From the NCBI RefSeq assembly GCF_009914755.1, contig NC_060927.1: DNA of 64,000 bases, one strand, 5' to 3'. The stretch is from the human T2T-CHM13v2.0 reference genome, Homo sapiens. The notes below the pieces were generated by a model. That model had not been told where the DNA came from and searched no databases. It saw nothing but the letters and a program-made list of their open reading frames with translations. Positions within the stretch are counted from its first letter, which is position 1. Each line of letters starts with the position of its first letter. Shown one piece after another: positions 16,164 to 29,707 of the stretch. The position numbers were made by a program, and so were the translations under genes.

Positions 16164-16478
16164 TTAATACTGAAAGGTTGATAGTAAAATGAGAAAAAAA
16201 TTTCCGTAAGATTTACCATGTTTAAAACTGTCAAAATAAATTGTTTGATCAACAATTTTTTCTGATTGAAATATAATAAGTGGCTTTGGAAGAGTCAAAA
16301 GCAAAGTAAAAAATGGACCTGGAGGTGCAATTTTATTGTGATTCTTAATTTGAGGATGGTATGTTACAAAAACACTCACAACAGTCAGTCTCATCTCTTT
16401 GTTCCTTTCAGTTTTGCTTTTCTTTAGGAACTGGAACGAAGCCACATTTTTTTGTTGTTCACTTCCTGCACCATGCAT
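16164..16478 (-). pseudogene. Candidate downstream pseudo-exon (104-codon open frame, donor at 16217)
   Basis: Long stop-free frame in AT-rich non-repeat DNA on the same strand as the pseudogene; ATG|GTAAAT donor; contains QSEKIVDQTIYF. Confidence 0.3.
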
Positions 16479-17644
16479 TCCCCAGAAAGTAACGTTTTTT
16501 ACTCACTATTAATCTACCAAAAAAGTAGGCATGACAGTTTCCATATCCCTTGCAAAATTCATGTACTCAGTTAACCCATGCCTCACTTGAATTTCATACC
16601 AGTAATTTTCCTTTCTTTCTTTAGTTAAGTTTCATTAGATGAATTGCCAGCGTAGATGTCTGGGCAGGTCAGATACCTTTCCCTTTAACTGTGAACTGAG
16701 CTTTAGATCTTTGTGATTTACAGTAAAAATGCTCAGTAATCAACCTTTGTAAAACATCATATTATACACCAAACTAATAATTTGTGCCATATGCCCTACT
16801 TAATTAGTTAGTTGTTTATTTTGATAATTAACTATTGGTTAATTTAGAGATAATTTCACTTTTTTTTCCTAACAGATGGGCTGGGTATATCACATATGCA
16901 GTGTATCAAAATATCTTGTCCATTTAAAAACAAGCTATTCTGAGCAATAATCTGATGCCAAGAAGAAAATATTGATAGTTTAACTTGACATTTAACAACA
17001 TTCCAGAATTAAAGAAAATATCTTATACTTTTATTATTTTGCTTTTCTTAAAGTTGATACTATATTCTATGAATGATGAATAGTTTGAATGTGTTATTCT
17101 TCATTTTGTCACACTGCATCTACTAAGTTTAAAATTCTACTTTTTGAATTCTCCATCTGAATAGAAAATACAATGATCAAAATTGCTTTCTGCAATTTTT
17201 TGTCTTAAATTACATAGTAAAAATAAACCTGTTTTATATAAAACCAAATATAAGCACTGATGAAAGCAACATGTAAATAGGTATTTGTCTGTTATATGTG
17301 TATATTATGGATTAAAGAATAACTATATAAGAATTGGAAAAATTAAGAAATTAGAAGGAAGAAAGCACATAAACCCAAGAAACTCCTATAAGGCGATGAA
17401 CAGAGAAGTGTTTTAAAATTATTTTATTATAAGGTAGATGAGGCTTTATTTTCAAACAATAAAGTTGAGTTTAATTTTAAATGCTTCCTTTAAATGTTTA
17501 CTCGCTTAATCTCTTTTAGCAAGTTAAATTATGATAAGTCCTAGATGTTGCATTACAATCTGTTTATGTTATAGGAAGTTAAACGTATACACACATAAGC
17601 ACACACACGTTTTTAAAAGTATCTCTGATAATATTCATAATTAC

Positions 17645-18500
17645 ATGGGGGTAAACATTATGGATCTGTTAAACTAAGAATACTTTATCTCAAAACATTC
17701 TGCTTTAAGAAAAGAATACATAAATCTCAGTCATCACTAAGGAAATCTCCGATACAGGAAAGTTATGCATCTTCTCTTCTTTTCTTACACGGGAAGGATG
17801 ACAGAAAAAACTGCTGTCTGAAATTTCACTGACAGAATATTTTCAGTTTGATGATACTACACAAATTGCAATAATGTCTGAAAGTTAAAGTTAGCTGAAT
17901 TTAAAGTTTCTGAATTTAAGTGTACCATGAAAAAGCTTTCTTGCCTGGAGTCATATGTTCAGAAGAATCTGTCTCAAATATGAATGAGAACAATTTTCAT
18001 TCTTAGGAATTTCACTATTTGTATTTCTTAAATTTGGACGCATGAAGTTAAATTTTAAAAATTGTAAACTAATGCATACTATGTCAATATTAGATGGCTT
18101 CAGTTATTTGAATCTTTCTGTATATATCTAATCCTGAATCCTATGTCTCCTTATGTGCAAATGTTATCACAAATGTTTGAAAATAGCTTTTTTTAGGAAT
18201 GCAAATTCAAGAAGTTTATGACCATGGCGCCTGGAGCTGAAGAGTATGGTGTGGTATGTTGGTGAAGATAAACTCTTGCTAAACAGGATTTTTAAAAATA
18301 ACTCAGTATCATCATTGTAATGTTACACTACTGCACAAAATATCTTCATGCCTTTATGTGTTATCTTTCCGCAAGACCAGCTAATCCTAAAGGCGACATA
18401 AAGCTTGCTGGATAAAAATGTGGAACCTGAGACTTTCATGCAATAATCAGTTGTGACCTTAAAACTTCTTGCTAACACCCCTAGGCTGAATGCTAGACTT
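17645..18500 (-). pseudogene. Large pseudo-exon: protein kinase-like domain (about subdomains II-XI)
   Basis: Strong acceptor gtttctttcttttacag|. Ordered motifs: FIQQA, RHEDIL (18336-18353), MI-TELF.KSCLA..YLHQH, QITEAI*Y*HSM (18075-18110), NLTS, SETL (17902-17913), SDIIAICVV (17855-17881), ECF...NRS. Confidence 0.7.
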
Positions 18501-18640
18501 CTGTAAAAGAAAGAAACTCTTTTAGTCTTCATGAATCAGTTGCTACCTGGTAGACATGGAATAAACAAAAATGACTTCACTGGCAGAATCACTCTCAGGG
18601 GAAAGAAAGTAACAAACAAACATTTAATAAAAAAACATAC

Positions 18641-18731
18641 CTGGGAAGAAACAGAAAAACTCAATGGAGATAGTTTCAAGAAATACAAATCTTCAAATGG
18701 TATAGGCTATAATAAAAAGTCAACTTTTATA
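18641..18731 (-). pseudogene. Pseudo-exon: kinase-proximal segment
   Basis: 91 nt, phase 2>0, donor CAG|GTATGT; IKVDFLL*PIPFEDLYFLKLSPLSFSVSSQ (IPFEDL resembles the EIP.E.L motif preceding TK/TKL kinase domains). Confidence 0.65.
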
Positions 18732-19069
18732 CTGTAGATTTACAAAGAACAATCTAAATGCTCTCTACACATTTATATTATTTTCTCTTGAAAAACATTG
18801 AACAGGGCCTGATATTAAATTCAATCTGAATTTTTTGCTTTTGATAATTTTGGGAAAATAACGTAAAATTGTGAGGTCATCTTTATATTAGTCCTCAATA
18901 TAGTAAGAAAAATAGCTCACTATCAAAATGCCTGGACACTACAATATTATAGTGATAGATTTTAACTGACTGTTTTTTACATGAACTACCTGAGTGCATT
19001 TTAATTAGAAACAGACATATCAGAATATGTGATTTAAACTAAAAAAACAAAAAATGGAAAACAACTTAC

Positions 19070-19161
19070 TGTGAACGTCAGTTCGATAGAACTCTAGGGA
19101 GTTTTATTTGCCTACTAATCTATTTATATAAGTAATTTTTATTTTTGTACAAACTCAATGA
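19070..19161 (-). pseudogene. Pseudo-exon: basic cytoplasmic juxtamembrane segment
   Basis: Long polypyrimidine acceptor and donor ACA|GTAAGT; 92 nt, phase 0>2; SLSLYKNKNYLYK*ISRQIKLPRVLSN*RS. Confidence 0.65.
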
Positions 19162-20052
19162 CTATGTAATGGGGAATTTAAAAACAGGGAAGAGGAAGGA
19201 AAATAAAATGTATAGATATTCTAATAATATTGAGGTTGTTCTATTCATAAACGGGAGAAGGAATAGCAAATTTGAAATTATGGAGTTTTTACCATCAACG
19301 TATAAAGTAAGGTCAAGCAATACTACGTAATTAGTTTTCAATGAGACTTGTATTCTTGGTCAGTTATTGTGCTAAATGCAAGACAATGAAAGATGACTGA
19401 GGGATGCTTGTTGTTCTCACATTGCAGTTGACAGGGCATTCAAGCAGAGGGCTAACATGGATGAAAGTGCAGATGCAAGACAGGGCAGCCCAGCCAGCAG
19501 ACGGTAAAATACCCAGGGTAGCTTCACGCATTGGTTGTGAGATAAGAAACAATACTTCCAAATAAATGCTGCCTGTACTAAGATGAATAGATGAGAATTA
19601 TGTCACAGAGCATTTTGAAGCCAGAAGCAGGATTGTGGGCTTTATTCCTCAGTGCAGTGGAGTACCCACACTCTACAGAATATGAAAGCTGATGCAGTGG
19701 GGCATTGAAAAGAAAAAACGATCCTAACTTATTGTTATTTTGCATCAAAAAAAAGAGAAGAAAATTAAGCTTCACTCTTATGTATTACAGAGATTTACAG
19801 TGACTTCTCAGCCAGGGATATGTCAGAATGGTGACTTGTCATATAGGAGAAGGCATAGCTCACTGGGGTAGAGTCACAATTTTGAGATGTAGAAGGGATG
19901 ACAAAGTGGGCTTCTCCTTCATCTATTTGCTTTTAGCACTTTTTGAACTATTATAGTTTAGAGGCATCCAGGGAAGAGAACTTGGGATTACCATATTTAG
20001 TTTTAACTAAATTAAATCTCATAAAATGGCATGTGCATGAAAAGATTCTTAC

Positions 20053-20198
20053 AAAGAAAGTACAGGTTGATGATAATACAAATCATGCCAGTATAAGTAA
20101 ACCAGAAAATGACAGTAGCAAAAAATTTGTAGCAGTAACTATTATTAGTATTAGACTGAGCCCTTTGTCAACAACATTAAAAAATGAAAAACAAATGG
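20053..20198 (-). pseudogene. Pseudo-exon: transmembrane segment
   Basis: 146 nt, phase 1>0, ttttatatag|...TTT|GTAAGA; ICFSFFNVVDKGLSLILIIVTATNFLLLSFSGLLILA*FVLSSTCTFF. Confidence 0.65.
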
Positions 20199-21651
20199 CT
20201 ATATAAAATTTTTAAAAGATTGTGTAAAGATTGATATTTAAAAGAAGACTTCACTTGCATGCATAATTTGTGTATATATATACATATATGCATGTTATAT
20301 ATAATATATAAAATATATACAAATATAGTACATATTGCATATGCATGTTTTTGAAATATTAGCTAATGTTAGTAAAATGCCATCATGGTTAGCAAGTCTT
20401 TTTAAAAAGGGCTTATTTCATGTTGATCATTGATTTTAAATTCCCGGTTACTTTTGTATATCTATTACCATACCCTTCAGTGCAAGGATACATTTACATA
20501 TTTTGTAAATAAATATAAAACAAATATGTAATAAGTACTCAAATTTAAAAAAATGTGTAATGAAAGGTAGTAAAAATAGTTGTTAAAGACTCTGTCTAGA
20601 AAATGGAAAGCAATTAGAGTAAAAGAACCAAATGTTTGAAACTTTGCAATAGCAATATTATTCTGGTTGCAGGTGCAGAAAAAATTAGAGTAGGATAATG
20701 GCTTTGAGAGACGCTGCCAGATCCGATTCAATGTGACCTTTCATGTGGACGGCCTTATGAGCTCCTTGCAAATAAATGCTATGTTCTTTTAAAATTTGTA
20801 TACCCAGCAATTCTCACAGTGCTATAGGCACTGTGTGATATGGACCCATTGGAGGTGCCTGATGCGTATTTGTTAAACTGAATGGAATTCTCACAAACTA
20901 ATTTCTTGGTTAAGCTATTAAAAGACTATTATCAATGTCATCTTTTGACTGATCTTTTATAGTGAAACTAAGATCTTCAATCTCTTTTCACAAAATATAA
21001 TTGCTGCCATAATACTTGTACCCTTCTTTCTTACGCTAAAATTATCTATGTAACACATGACATATACTTGAGGTAAACTTAGAATGTAAGTGCTATGAAA
21101 GGGGAACATTCAATATTTATGCAACTACCCAAATAGAAAATTTGTTTTTTCATATAATTAAAAAGGGATAGAGATATCCTCATAGATAGAGCCAGGAATT
21201 CTACTGTTATAGTATCTCTCTCTCTCTCTCCCACCTCCTGTAATCAGCACCCCTGGGGATGGGTGTGAGGGGGGCAGGTAGAGAGGGGAATCAGTCTGTT
21301 GGAACATCTTCATTCATAATAAAATAATTCTGTGGTATAATAGATATCATCTCTCAAGTAGGAAAAAAACAATAAAATTTAAAAATAACGAATGAACTAG
21401 CATTGCAGAAAAAAAAAATCACTCTGGTCAGAACAGTTGGCCCTATAGTGAACTCCATGAGGCAGGCACATGGAAGCCCACTTTAGACTGAGCTAAATGA
21501 TATACATATGCACAGGTAATATAAATAAAACTAGGCACCTAGGTTCAGAGTTTTAAACTTCTAGTCTGCTTTATGCTCTGAATATACAGAGAGAAACTAT
21601 ATTGTGTGGAATAATTAGGATTCTTCTCCATCTAGACTAATCCAAACATAC

Positions 21652-21670
21652 CAGTTATAATTTCAGATAC
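21652..21670 (-). pseudogene. 19-nt micro-exon (VSEIIT), juxtamembrane
   Basis: ttttgctctgtctctgtctcag|GTATCTGAAATTATAACTG|gtatgt; phase 0>1 fits the TM exon. Confidence 0.55.
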
Positions 21671-21759
21671 CTGAGACAGAGACAGAGCAAAAACAATCCC
21701 CAAACCTCATGTATGATGGGTATATATTTTGTCCCACAGTTAGAACCAAAGGCCAGATA

Positions 21760-22340
21760 AATCTTTAAAAATTAAAAACAACGTATTTGTTAATGCCAGC
21801 ATAATTTTAAAGAGAGGAAAAAAGTAAACTTCATAAAGGTCTAACAATAGAATGATGTGTAAGTATGCCACTAGCTAAATTAATAATAAAATTAATTATA
21901 TATTTAGTATGATTTCAAGTATACTCTAAAATTTGGATGGGAGCAAGATTTCTTCGAATATAACTTTTGACTTTTGAATGATGTAAACCTTTTCCATATT
22001 AAAAATAATGCTCAATAAAATAGAATAAAAAACTAACCCTGAATTTGAATTTAAGTAAGAAACAAACCTAACTACACATAAAATGAATAATATAACTATA
22101 AAGAAAAAAATTATGTAATATGAGCAAAGAATTCTGACTGTACACCTTTCACAGCATAGCTTCTATAGACAAAAAGAAGTGCAAAGAAATATTAAACTTC
22201 ACTTGGTAGGTTTCTTGTTGTCAGCAGTGATTCTTTGTGTGCGTTGCAGGGTAGCACAAATAAATATATATTAGTATGGTTGAGAAACGAGATTCTCACT
22301 ATGGGAAAGGGACCTACAAATATGGAATTGAGGAAAGAGG
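21760..22340 (+). mobile_element. Old L1M 3' region fragment
   Basis: A-rich decayed L1MC/MD-like 3'UTR sequence. Confidence 0.4.
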
Positions 22341-22599
22341 AAATAGAAAATATTAATCAACAAGAAAACACAAAATAACTAATCTGATTTGTAATAATAA
22401 GATTCAAAAAGAGAACAAAACAGAGTTTTGCTAATACATGAGGCAGAATCAGCCATCAGGATTGGTCACTGTGAAGAGGCAACTTTGGCAGTGAGCTCTG
22501 AATATCTAAGTGGAACCATCCATGATCCAATTTTGGAGAATAATGCACTGGATAGAGGAAAGAGCAAATATAGGAACAAACTTGTCACATGTGAAGTTT

Positions 22600-23520
22600 A
22601 TATGTAACTAGTTTGTTGGAAACATAGTCCTGGAAGCTGTGTTTGAAAAAAAACAGGTGTGGTCCAGGTTAGAGTCCTATGGCCAAAGGAAGAGTTTGGA
22701 GTTTTCATCTGAGTGAAACAAGATGCTTGGGACAGATTTAAACAGGGAAATGATGTGATTTCATTTATGTTTTTTAAGAATCATTTTGGTTTCTGTGTGA
22801 GGAGTGGATGATACTCAGAGCACAAGTGTGGATTAGGATGATAATAATGATGATGTAAAGAGGTGAACTAATCTGGAATTATTTTAGAGATACAGTCAAA
22901 TAATATCTACTGATAGATTTGATGGGAGAGAATAAGAAATATCAATAAAAAATTCTATATTTTTTAACTTAAGTCAAAGATGAATGGAAGGGCTGAATAC
23001 TGGTATGGGAAAGACAAGGGGAGGACCAGACTGAGAAGGAGCAGTGGGAAAATAAAATATTTTATACGGTCTGTGTAGTGCTTGAAATGCCTATTTTATA
23101 TTCCACTGAGATTAAATAGGATACCGGCTCTGAAACAACAACAACAACAAAGGAGGAAAAAAAAATCCAGAGCTAGGGATATAAGATTGGGAGTTAGAGA
23201 TATATCAAAGACATGGATTAGCAAGTGACTCTACAAGCTCATTTAGAGAAAGATTGCAGAGGACAGAAAACAAGCTTCAAGCTCAGGAGGCACACCAACA
23301 TTTAGACACCAGAAAAAAAAGAAGACATATGAAAAGGATATTAAAGAATAGCTGACAAGGTAGGAAGAAAACTAGGTGTGTGTGGTGTGACGTCATGGAA
23401 GCCAAGAGATGAATACGTTTTAGGGAATGGACCAGTGTCCAGTGATGCTGAGCAGCCTTAGTAAGAGGCAAACAAAGAAGTGATCTGCATTCAACAAAAT
23501 GAAGATGGCTGAGGCTTATA
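22600..23520 (-). mobile_element. L2 fragment
   Basis: aagaatcattttggtttctgtgtgagg and gtgtgtggtgtgacgtcatggaagccaagaga L2 motifs. Confidence 0.65.
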
Positions 23521-23861
23521 TGGGTGCATACACACCTAGGCAGAGGGAAATGGTGAAGGGAGGAGACAGAGGAGTCTGAGGAGATAGAGGAGATTGGGAA
23601 TGTGGGAAATCAAACTTAGGAGAAAAATGTAGTAAAAATTGGCAGCCAAATTTGAGTACATATTTACCCTACTCACAAAGCAGTATTTTTAGTTTGGGCA
23701 TGAACAGGGAATGAATGAGAGCACGGTAACTGAACAGCTGTGTTATGAAGACCTAAAATAGGATATGTTTAAGAATGGAGATGAAAGAAGAACGCTTTAA
23801 GAATACCCCAAAGCACTGCTTTAACAATTAGCATAGTTCTTAATGAGTTGTTAAAAACACT

Positions 23862-24218
<357 letters not shown>

Positions 24219-24297
24219 CTATACACATTATTTTTACAATTTTTAAAAAATCAATGTTGAACTTATTTTGTACTCTAATAAATAGTACAAAGCATGC

Positions 24298-24433
24298 CAG
24301 GCTCAGCAGATGGTGACTCCTAATTCAATTATAAAGTAAGAAATAGTATGTGTTTTGGCCAATCAGCAACTCCCACAAACCTCCCACTTCCCCATCTCCA
24401 TCCCAACACTATCTTTTATCTCAATAGCTCAGC
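24298..24433 (-). pseudogene. Pseudo-exon: CUB C-terminal half
   Basis: Strong acceptor catctttgcttttctag|; AIEIKDSVGMEMGKWEVCGS (cf. LEIRDG.....G..CG); donor probably decayed (CTG|GCATGC). Confidence 0.55.
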
Positions 24434-24667
24434 CTAGAAAAGCAAAGATGTGAAATTTTCAGTATAACATACAGAGATATCTATGTGAATTGTATATAGT
24501 ATTCCCTCTAATTCAAGTTATGCATTTTTATAGTATGAATTTTATCGCTGATTTTATCACTAGGGGATAAAAGCAACTGAAATATACTGTTATAGCCACT
24601 AGATACAAGTAAAAATTACTTGATAAAATTATCATAATTGTTTTTCTCTATTTTATTATATATTCAC

Positions 24668-25412
24668 ATTGGTGCTTCAGCCTTGGTTCAAACAAAGTTC
24701 TTATGATAAGATGAAATCAACAGTCAAATGAACTATAGTTCCCAAAAGACAAATCTACAAGTATCACTTCTCCCTCGATTTGTATCCAAATTACTGAGAC
24801 TTTCGAATTGGTATGTCCAGATATAAAGACGTGATGCCTTCTAGTTTAAGACGAAATCATTATAAAGAAGTCAAGAACAGTGGACCAGAAGTCCAGATCT
24901 CTTTTGTTCAGAATTCCTCTTGAAAGGGGGAAAAAAGTGGAGCTGAAGGAAATGGTCCAAATCTCATTTTCACTCAAGGAAGGGATCCTCTGAGAATGTG
25001 TCAGAGAAGCAACCACGGAATGGACATTCAAACCATCTGGCACATACCTGCCAACAACTGAAATGGGCAACCTCAATGTGTCCCTCATTGCTTCACCAAA
25101 TAAGGTGGACAACCAGACCTCCTCAGTCGAGAAAACATTTTGTGTATTAGTGTTTTATTTGAAGATTAAAGCTTGCAGAACAAGCTACTTTTAGTAAGAA
25201 ATGAGTACCAGTTTTGAAGAGAATGTTATATGGCAAGTAATTACAAGGTCAGATGGAGTCTATTTCTGTAATAAAATTCTCTTGACGGCACCCATGGAGA
25301 AAAATGTCAAGGCAGGAATGATAGGAACTGCATATAGGCTTTACACACTAGATTATTTGAATGGGTTTTTACCTTCAGGGAGATCAATATTCCAAACGCA
25401 GGTGGCATTATT
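24668..25412 (-). pseudogene. Large pseudo-exon(s): tandem CUB domains
   Basis: Acceptor tgcattgtctattgtag| immediately followed by NNATCVWNIDLPEGK (CUB NN..C.W.I..P.G). Later D*GG....SNEGHIE..F...VCARWFECP (CGG start of the next CUB) and WIQIEGEVILVDLSF. Confidence 0.65.
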
Positions 25413-25669
25413 CTACAATAGACAATGCATTAACAATATTATAGGTTTTAAATGCAAAAAATACACTTGTGCAGCATGACTAAGTAAAAGGTCTCAGGTG
25501 AAACCCCAATGACTAGGACCTATTACATCACCCAACTAATATTTTCCTGTGGTTCTCCTCTGGGGCAATAAAAGAAACTTCATTTTTTCACAGGCAGAGA
25601 TAGTATATCATCAAATAAAACAATGAACATCCTAAGAAAATACTGCAGATTATTTAAAAAGCTATAACT

Positions 25670-25770
25670 GGAAGAAACATTAGAAATCACTCAGCCCAAA
25701 CCACTCATTTTACAAGCAAGAATATTGAGATTTCAAGAAATTAAATGAGTTGCCCAAGGTCACAAATTAT
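25670..25770. mobile_element. MIR fragment
   Basis: ccactcattttacaagcaagaatattgag...ttgcccaaggtcaca. Confidence 0.65.
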
Positions 25771-27890
25771 GAAGAGCTGTCAGTGTTAGGCCTAACCTAG
25801 TCAAATCTGGAAAAGTCTCTTCCTTTCCCTTTGAAACATAATCCACTCCACTCTTCCAAATATACTTTGTCTCTTTCTTCTCTTTCAGTGTCTACTGTGA
25901 CAAATCATTCAAGACCTTTCCTCTCTATCCAGGAATCCTCAAGTCACTGGCACACTGGGCCTGCCTTCCATACTTGTCCATCTATCATTTGGTCATAGGT
26001 AGAACTAATAAGCCTTTTCAATGCCATTGAGCCTACTTGATGCAATAAATTAGAAATGGATGAATGCTGGTGTAGAACAATATAGCTTTTATACTGTGGG
26101 GGTTGCATGGGTGTTGGAGGAATATTAATTTTAGCAATCTCCTACTGAAGAGGATATCATTCTTCAATAACTCAAAGGAGTATTCGGTAATTTGAGCCCA
26201 AACTCTTCACCACTGTATGCTGGTTACTACTCTTCATGGTTGAGAAATAGCCAGCATTCAGTACTTAAAAGAATAGACTATAAATTAATCTGTGTAGTTT
26301 GAATCAAGGTTTTACTTTTCACTAGCAGTGATCTTGGAAAAGTTGTTCAATGACTTTGTGCATCAGCTTCTACCTCTGATTCCACATCCTGGAATCTTCA
26401 GAAGAGAAAATATCAACATTTTTGAGAATGGGTGAAGATCTCTATGGAATAGACACAATAAGGAAAGAGACAGGCCCAATGACCTGCTAAGTCATTCTTC
26501 ACAAGTGGCAGAAACTGGAGGAGAGCTGAGAAGAAAGGAGTGATTGTTATAAAGGGGGCTATGCTTCACTGCAGCCTTATTATAAAGAGCATGTCTTTAT
26601 AACAGGTAATAGAAGTATGTGTTAAAATATTCTATAATCAATAAGAAAGAGAAGGAAAAATACTGTCAGCTTTGATGGATGGATACTTGATTTCAAATTT
26701 AGTAGGCAGGGAACCCGAACATCTGAATAACATCTGTGAAGACGGGGCCAGGCTTATGATAGAAACTTAAGTGAATAGAAAAAAAGAATCCTGCAGTGTG
26801 TATAAAACCGAGTGCTCCAGAGTGTTGCAGGGGAAAGAAAGAAACGACATGACAATGAATGGTGACTCTGAAGATTTAGCTTTCCCTTAGTATCACAAAA
26901 AGAGGATTGGGAATATTTGATGAAGCAAATCAAGAGAAATCAGTTGGCAATAAGCCCCCTGCTTTGGTATAGAATCCAGCATAAAAGAAAAAAAAAGATT
27001 TTGAAAAAAAAACTGGCACATAAGAGAAATTTTCAGGTCAGAAAAGAGTAGACTAGTTTGTATGTGAGGAGAAGCTAAGGATGTTCAGTACAAATGCTTT
27101 CACCATTTGATCTGACATATTCACTTAAAAATGTGGTAAGATCAATTGATTTTTACTGAAAGCACAAATAAACTAAGAAAACTTTAGTAAGTCACTTAAA
27201 CGTCTTCAAAATACCTACTTGTTACTACAGGGCTCCTTAAAAGAATAAAGTAAATTGAATTTAAAAAATCAAATAGAATAATGTATAGTAATTACTATAT
27301 GTGCATTCTGAATTATATATATTTATATATAAACACAATATATAGGCAAGTGGAAAACAGTAACATATATACAGATATAGATATAAATATAGATACATGT
27401 ATTCTTTCACATCAGTAATTTTTGAAAATATGGAAGCGACTGTATAGGAAGATATAAGAGTATTGTGCTTCTATTCCATATGCATTTTTTATATTGTTGA
27501 TGAGAACACAATTTAATAATCTAAATATAGATTCTTCTTAATAGAGTGAATGAAACTATTATTGAACTTCCTATTCTTGATGAAAATTCAACCTGTCATC
27601 GCCTTTAAGGATGTAAATAGGCAGGTACTAGTGAGTGTTAAAACAAAATAAAATGTTTTAAAATTGGGATCACAATCCTAATCAGTTAATTCAGTTGATG
27701 TTATTCTAATATATATGTTTTGATATACAAATTCTATTTTATTAGGGTAACACACATAAAATTCACAGAATGTGGCTTTATGGAGGCACAAAATTTAATT
27801 TTACCTATATTAATTATTTCTGGAAGAACTTATGGAGTCTAGATCAGTAGACCATCATTTTCAATATTTAATAGTTAAAACAGTGAGACC

Positions 27891-28215
27891 GGCCGGGCGC
27901 GGTGGCTCACGCCTGTAATCCCAGCACTTTGGGAGGCCGAGGCGGGCGGATCACGAGGTCAGGAGATCAAGACCATCCTGGCTAACATGGTGCAACCCCG
28001 TCTCCACTAAAAATACAAAAAATTCTCCGGGCGTGGTGGCGGCACCTGTGGTCCCAGCTACTCAGGAAGCTGAGGCAGGAGAATGGAGTGAACCCGGGAG
28101 GCAGAGCTTGCAGTGAGCCGAGATCCCGCCACTGTACTCCAGCCTGGGCGATAGAGCAAGACTCCGTCTCAAAAAAAAAAAAAAAAAAAAAAGAAAGAAA
28201 GAAAGAAAGAAAGAA
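27891..28215 (+). mobile_element. AluY
   Basis: CpG-rich, with AluY diagnostics (gaccatcctggctaac, gagcttgcagtgagccgagat); A/(GAAA)n tail. Confidence 0.95.
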
Positions 28216-29509
28216 CATTTCAGTGCCTTTTATTAGATTTTAAAAGCAGTACTCTTTGAAGTCTTGGCATCCTAGGTCTTCATATTTTTAGGACAATTTT
28301 CCCATCTAATGAGAGTGCCAATGAAACAAAATTTATATGTAGAAATTTCTGAAAAATATTTACATGTTTTTGAAGTATAACATTTACTATGGTCATTGTA
28401 GAAAGTTGGAAGATATGAAGAAGAAAGTAAAAATTTCTAAAAATTGTAACTGCTATTAGTATCTATGTGTATTTACTTTGAATATTTGTATCCTACGGAT
28501 ACACATATATTTCTATCAGTTTATAGTGGAGATTATACTAAATACAAATTTTCCCACCTAAATTTTTCATGACAGTATGTGTTTCCTAAATTATTTTTAA
28601 AAACTTTCATAAAGACCTCTTTATTTGCTGTTAAGACACTATCTTAGTGTTACGTTCTAATTTATATAACTAACCCTCTCTCAATGGATACACAGTTTTT
28701 TTCTGATTTTCCAATATTATAAATATATTATGATTAACATATAAAGCTGAAGTCTACACATGACTTTGCATTGGAAATGCTATAATATTTTGGTGTCAGT
28801 TTCTAAGGAAGGACATGGAAGGGATGAATTACCATCTGAGTGAACTATAAGAATTTGCAAAGTTTGTTTTGAGATACCTCTTTGGCAAAATGAATATAAA
28901 ATCATAATAATCTTAATAACCCTATAATTTCTTATAAAAGCTCTCAAGTATTTTTGTTATTAACTTGAGGAATAAACAATATTTCTATCTGAATGCAGGG
29001 GCTTTAATGTAAAACCAAGGAACAGCAGTATGGTGTTTAAAAGAACAACTTTTAATAAAATTGGAGTACTATGGTGAGAACAAAGAAACAAGACACTTGT
29101 GTTACACATATTTGAGGTTTTTGATAGTAAGTGAAAGCCTTAACGATAACTAATATTTTTTCATCTTCCAAAGAAAAATTTCCTGAATTTTAACATCTTT
29201 TGATATATTCTATACTAGGGTGACATTGGGAAGTATAAGTTATTAGTGAAAACTACTCTAAAAGGACTGTATGCTAACAATTCTTTATATCATGAAAGAA
29301 ACATTTTAATTAGAAAAACATTAAAAAAAAGTACCTTCGTCTCCATTTGTAAAATAAAGGTATTGGTCAAAATTTAGCAACATTGTTATCTTCCAGTTCA
29401 AAAGAGTATCAGATACTCTATTAGGAAAAGAAGTCATAATTACATTATGTAACGACAGTTATCTTGTTTTATATTTTAAATAAGAATAAATGAAGGAAAA
29501 GTAAGGATA

Positions 29510-29707
29510 CACAGCCTGGCATATTTTAGATCCATTGTAAATGTTAGCTGAGTACAACTGTAAAATGAGTCAAAAGTTTCTTTAATCTACAGGTTTCATC
29601 TGCTTTGTAGTTATGTATATACTTGGCCATGGTAAACCATTTAGTTTTATTCCACTACTTGAAACAGAGTGAGTTACATAGATGATTGACAGGTTGATTT
29701 TGGCTTT
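29510..29707 (-). pseudogene. Pseudo-exon: WSC domain, second half
   Basis: Acceptor ttttaaattttag|; NHLCNSLCF (CNSLCF at 29661-29678) versus KREMEN1 STECNSVCF; 3' end uncertain. Confidence 0.55.

Noticed and set aside
24850-25120. SRCR reading of VHL..SNEGHIEVAHF.CW and SGPLFL
   Set aside because: The preceding D*GG (CGG) and the flanking CUB exons make a CUB reading more parsimonious; not fully excluded.
29335-29417. Open 83-nt minus-strand exon candidate (VSDTLLNWK...)
   Set aside because: The sequence resembles the MIR core (gaactggaag...ttttacaaatggag), so it is probably SINE-derived.
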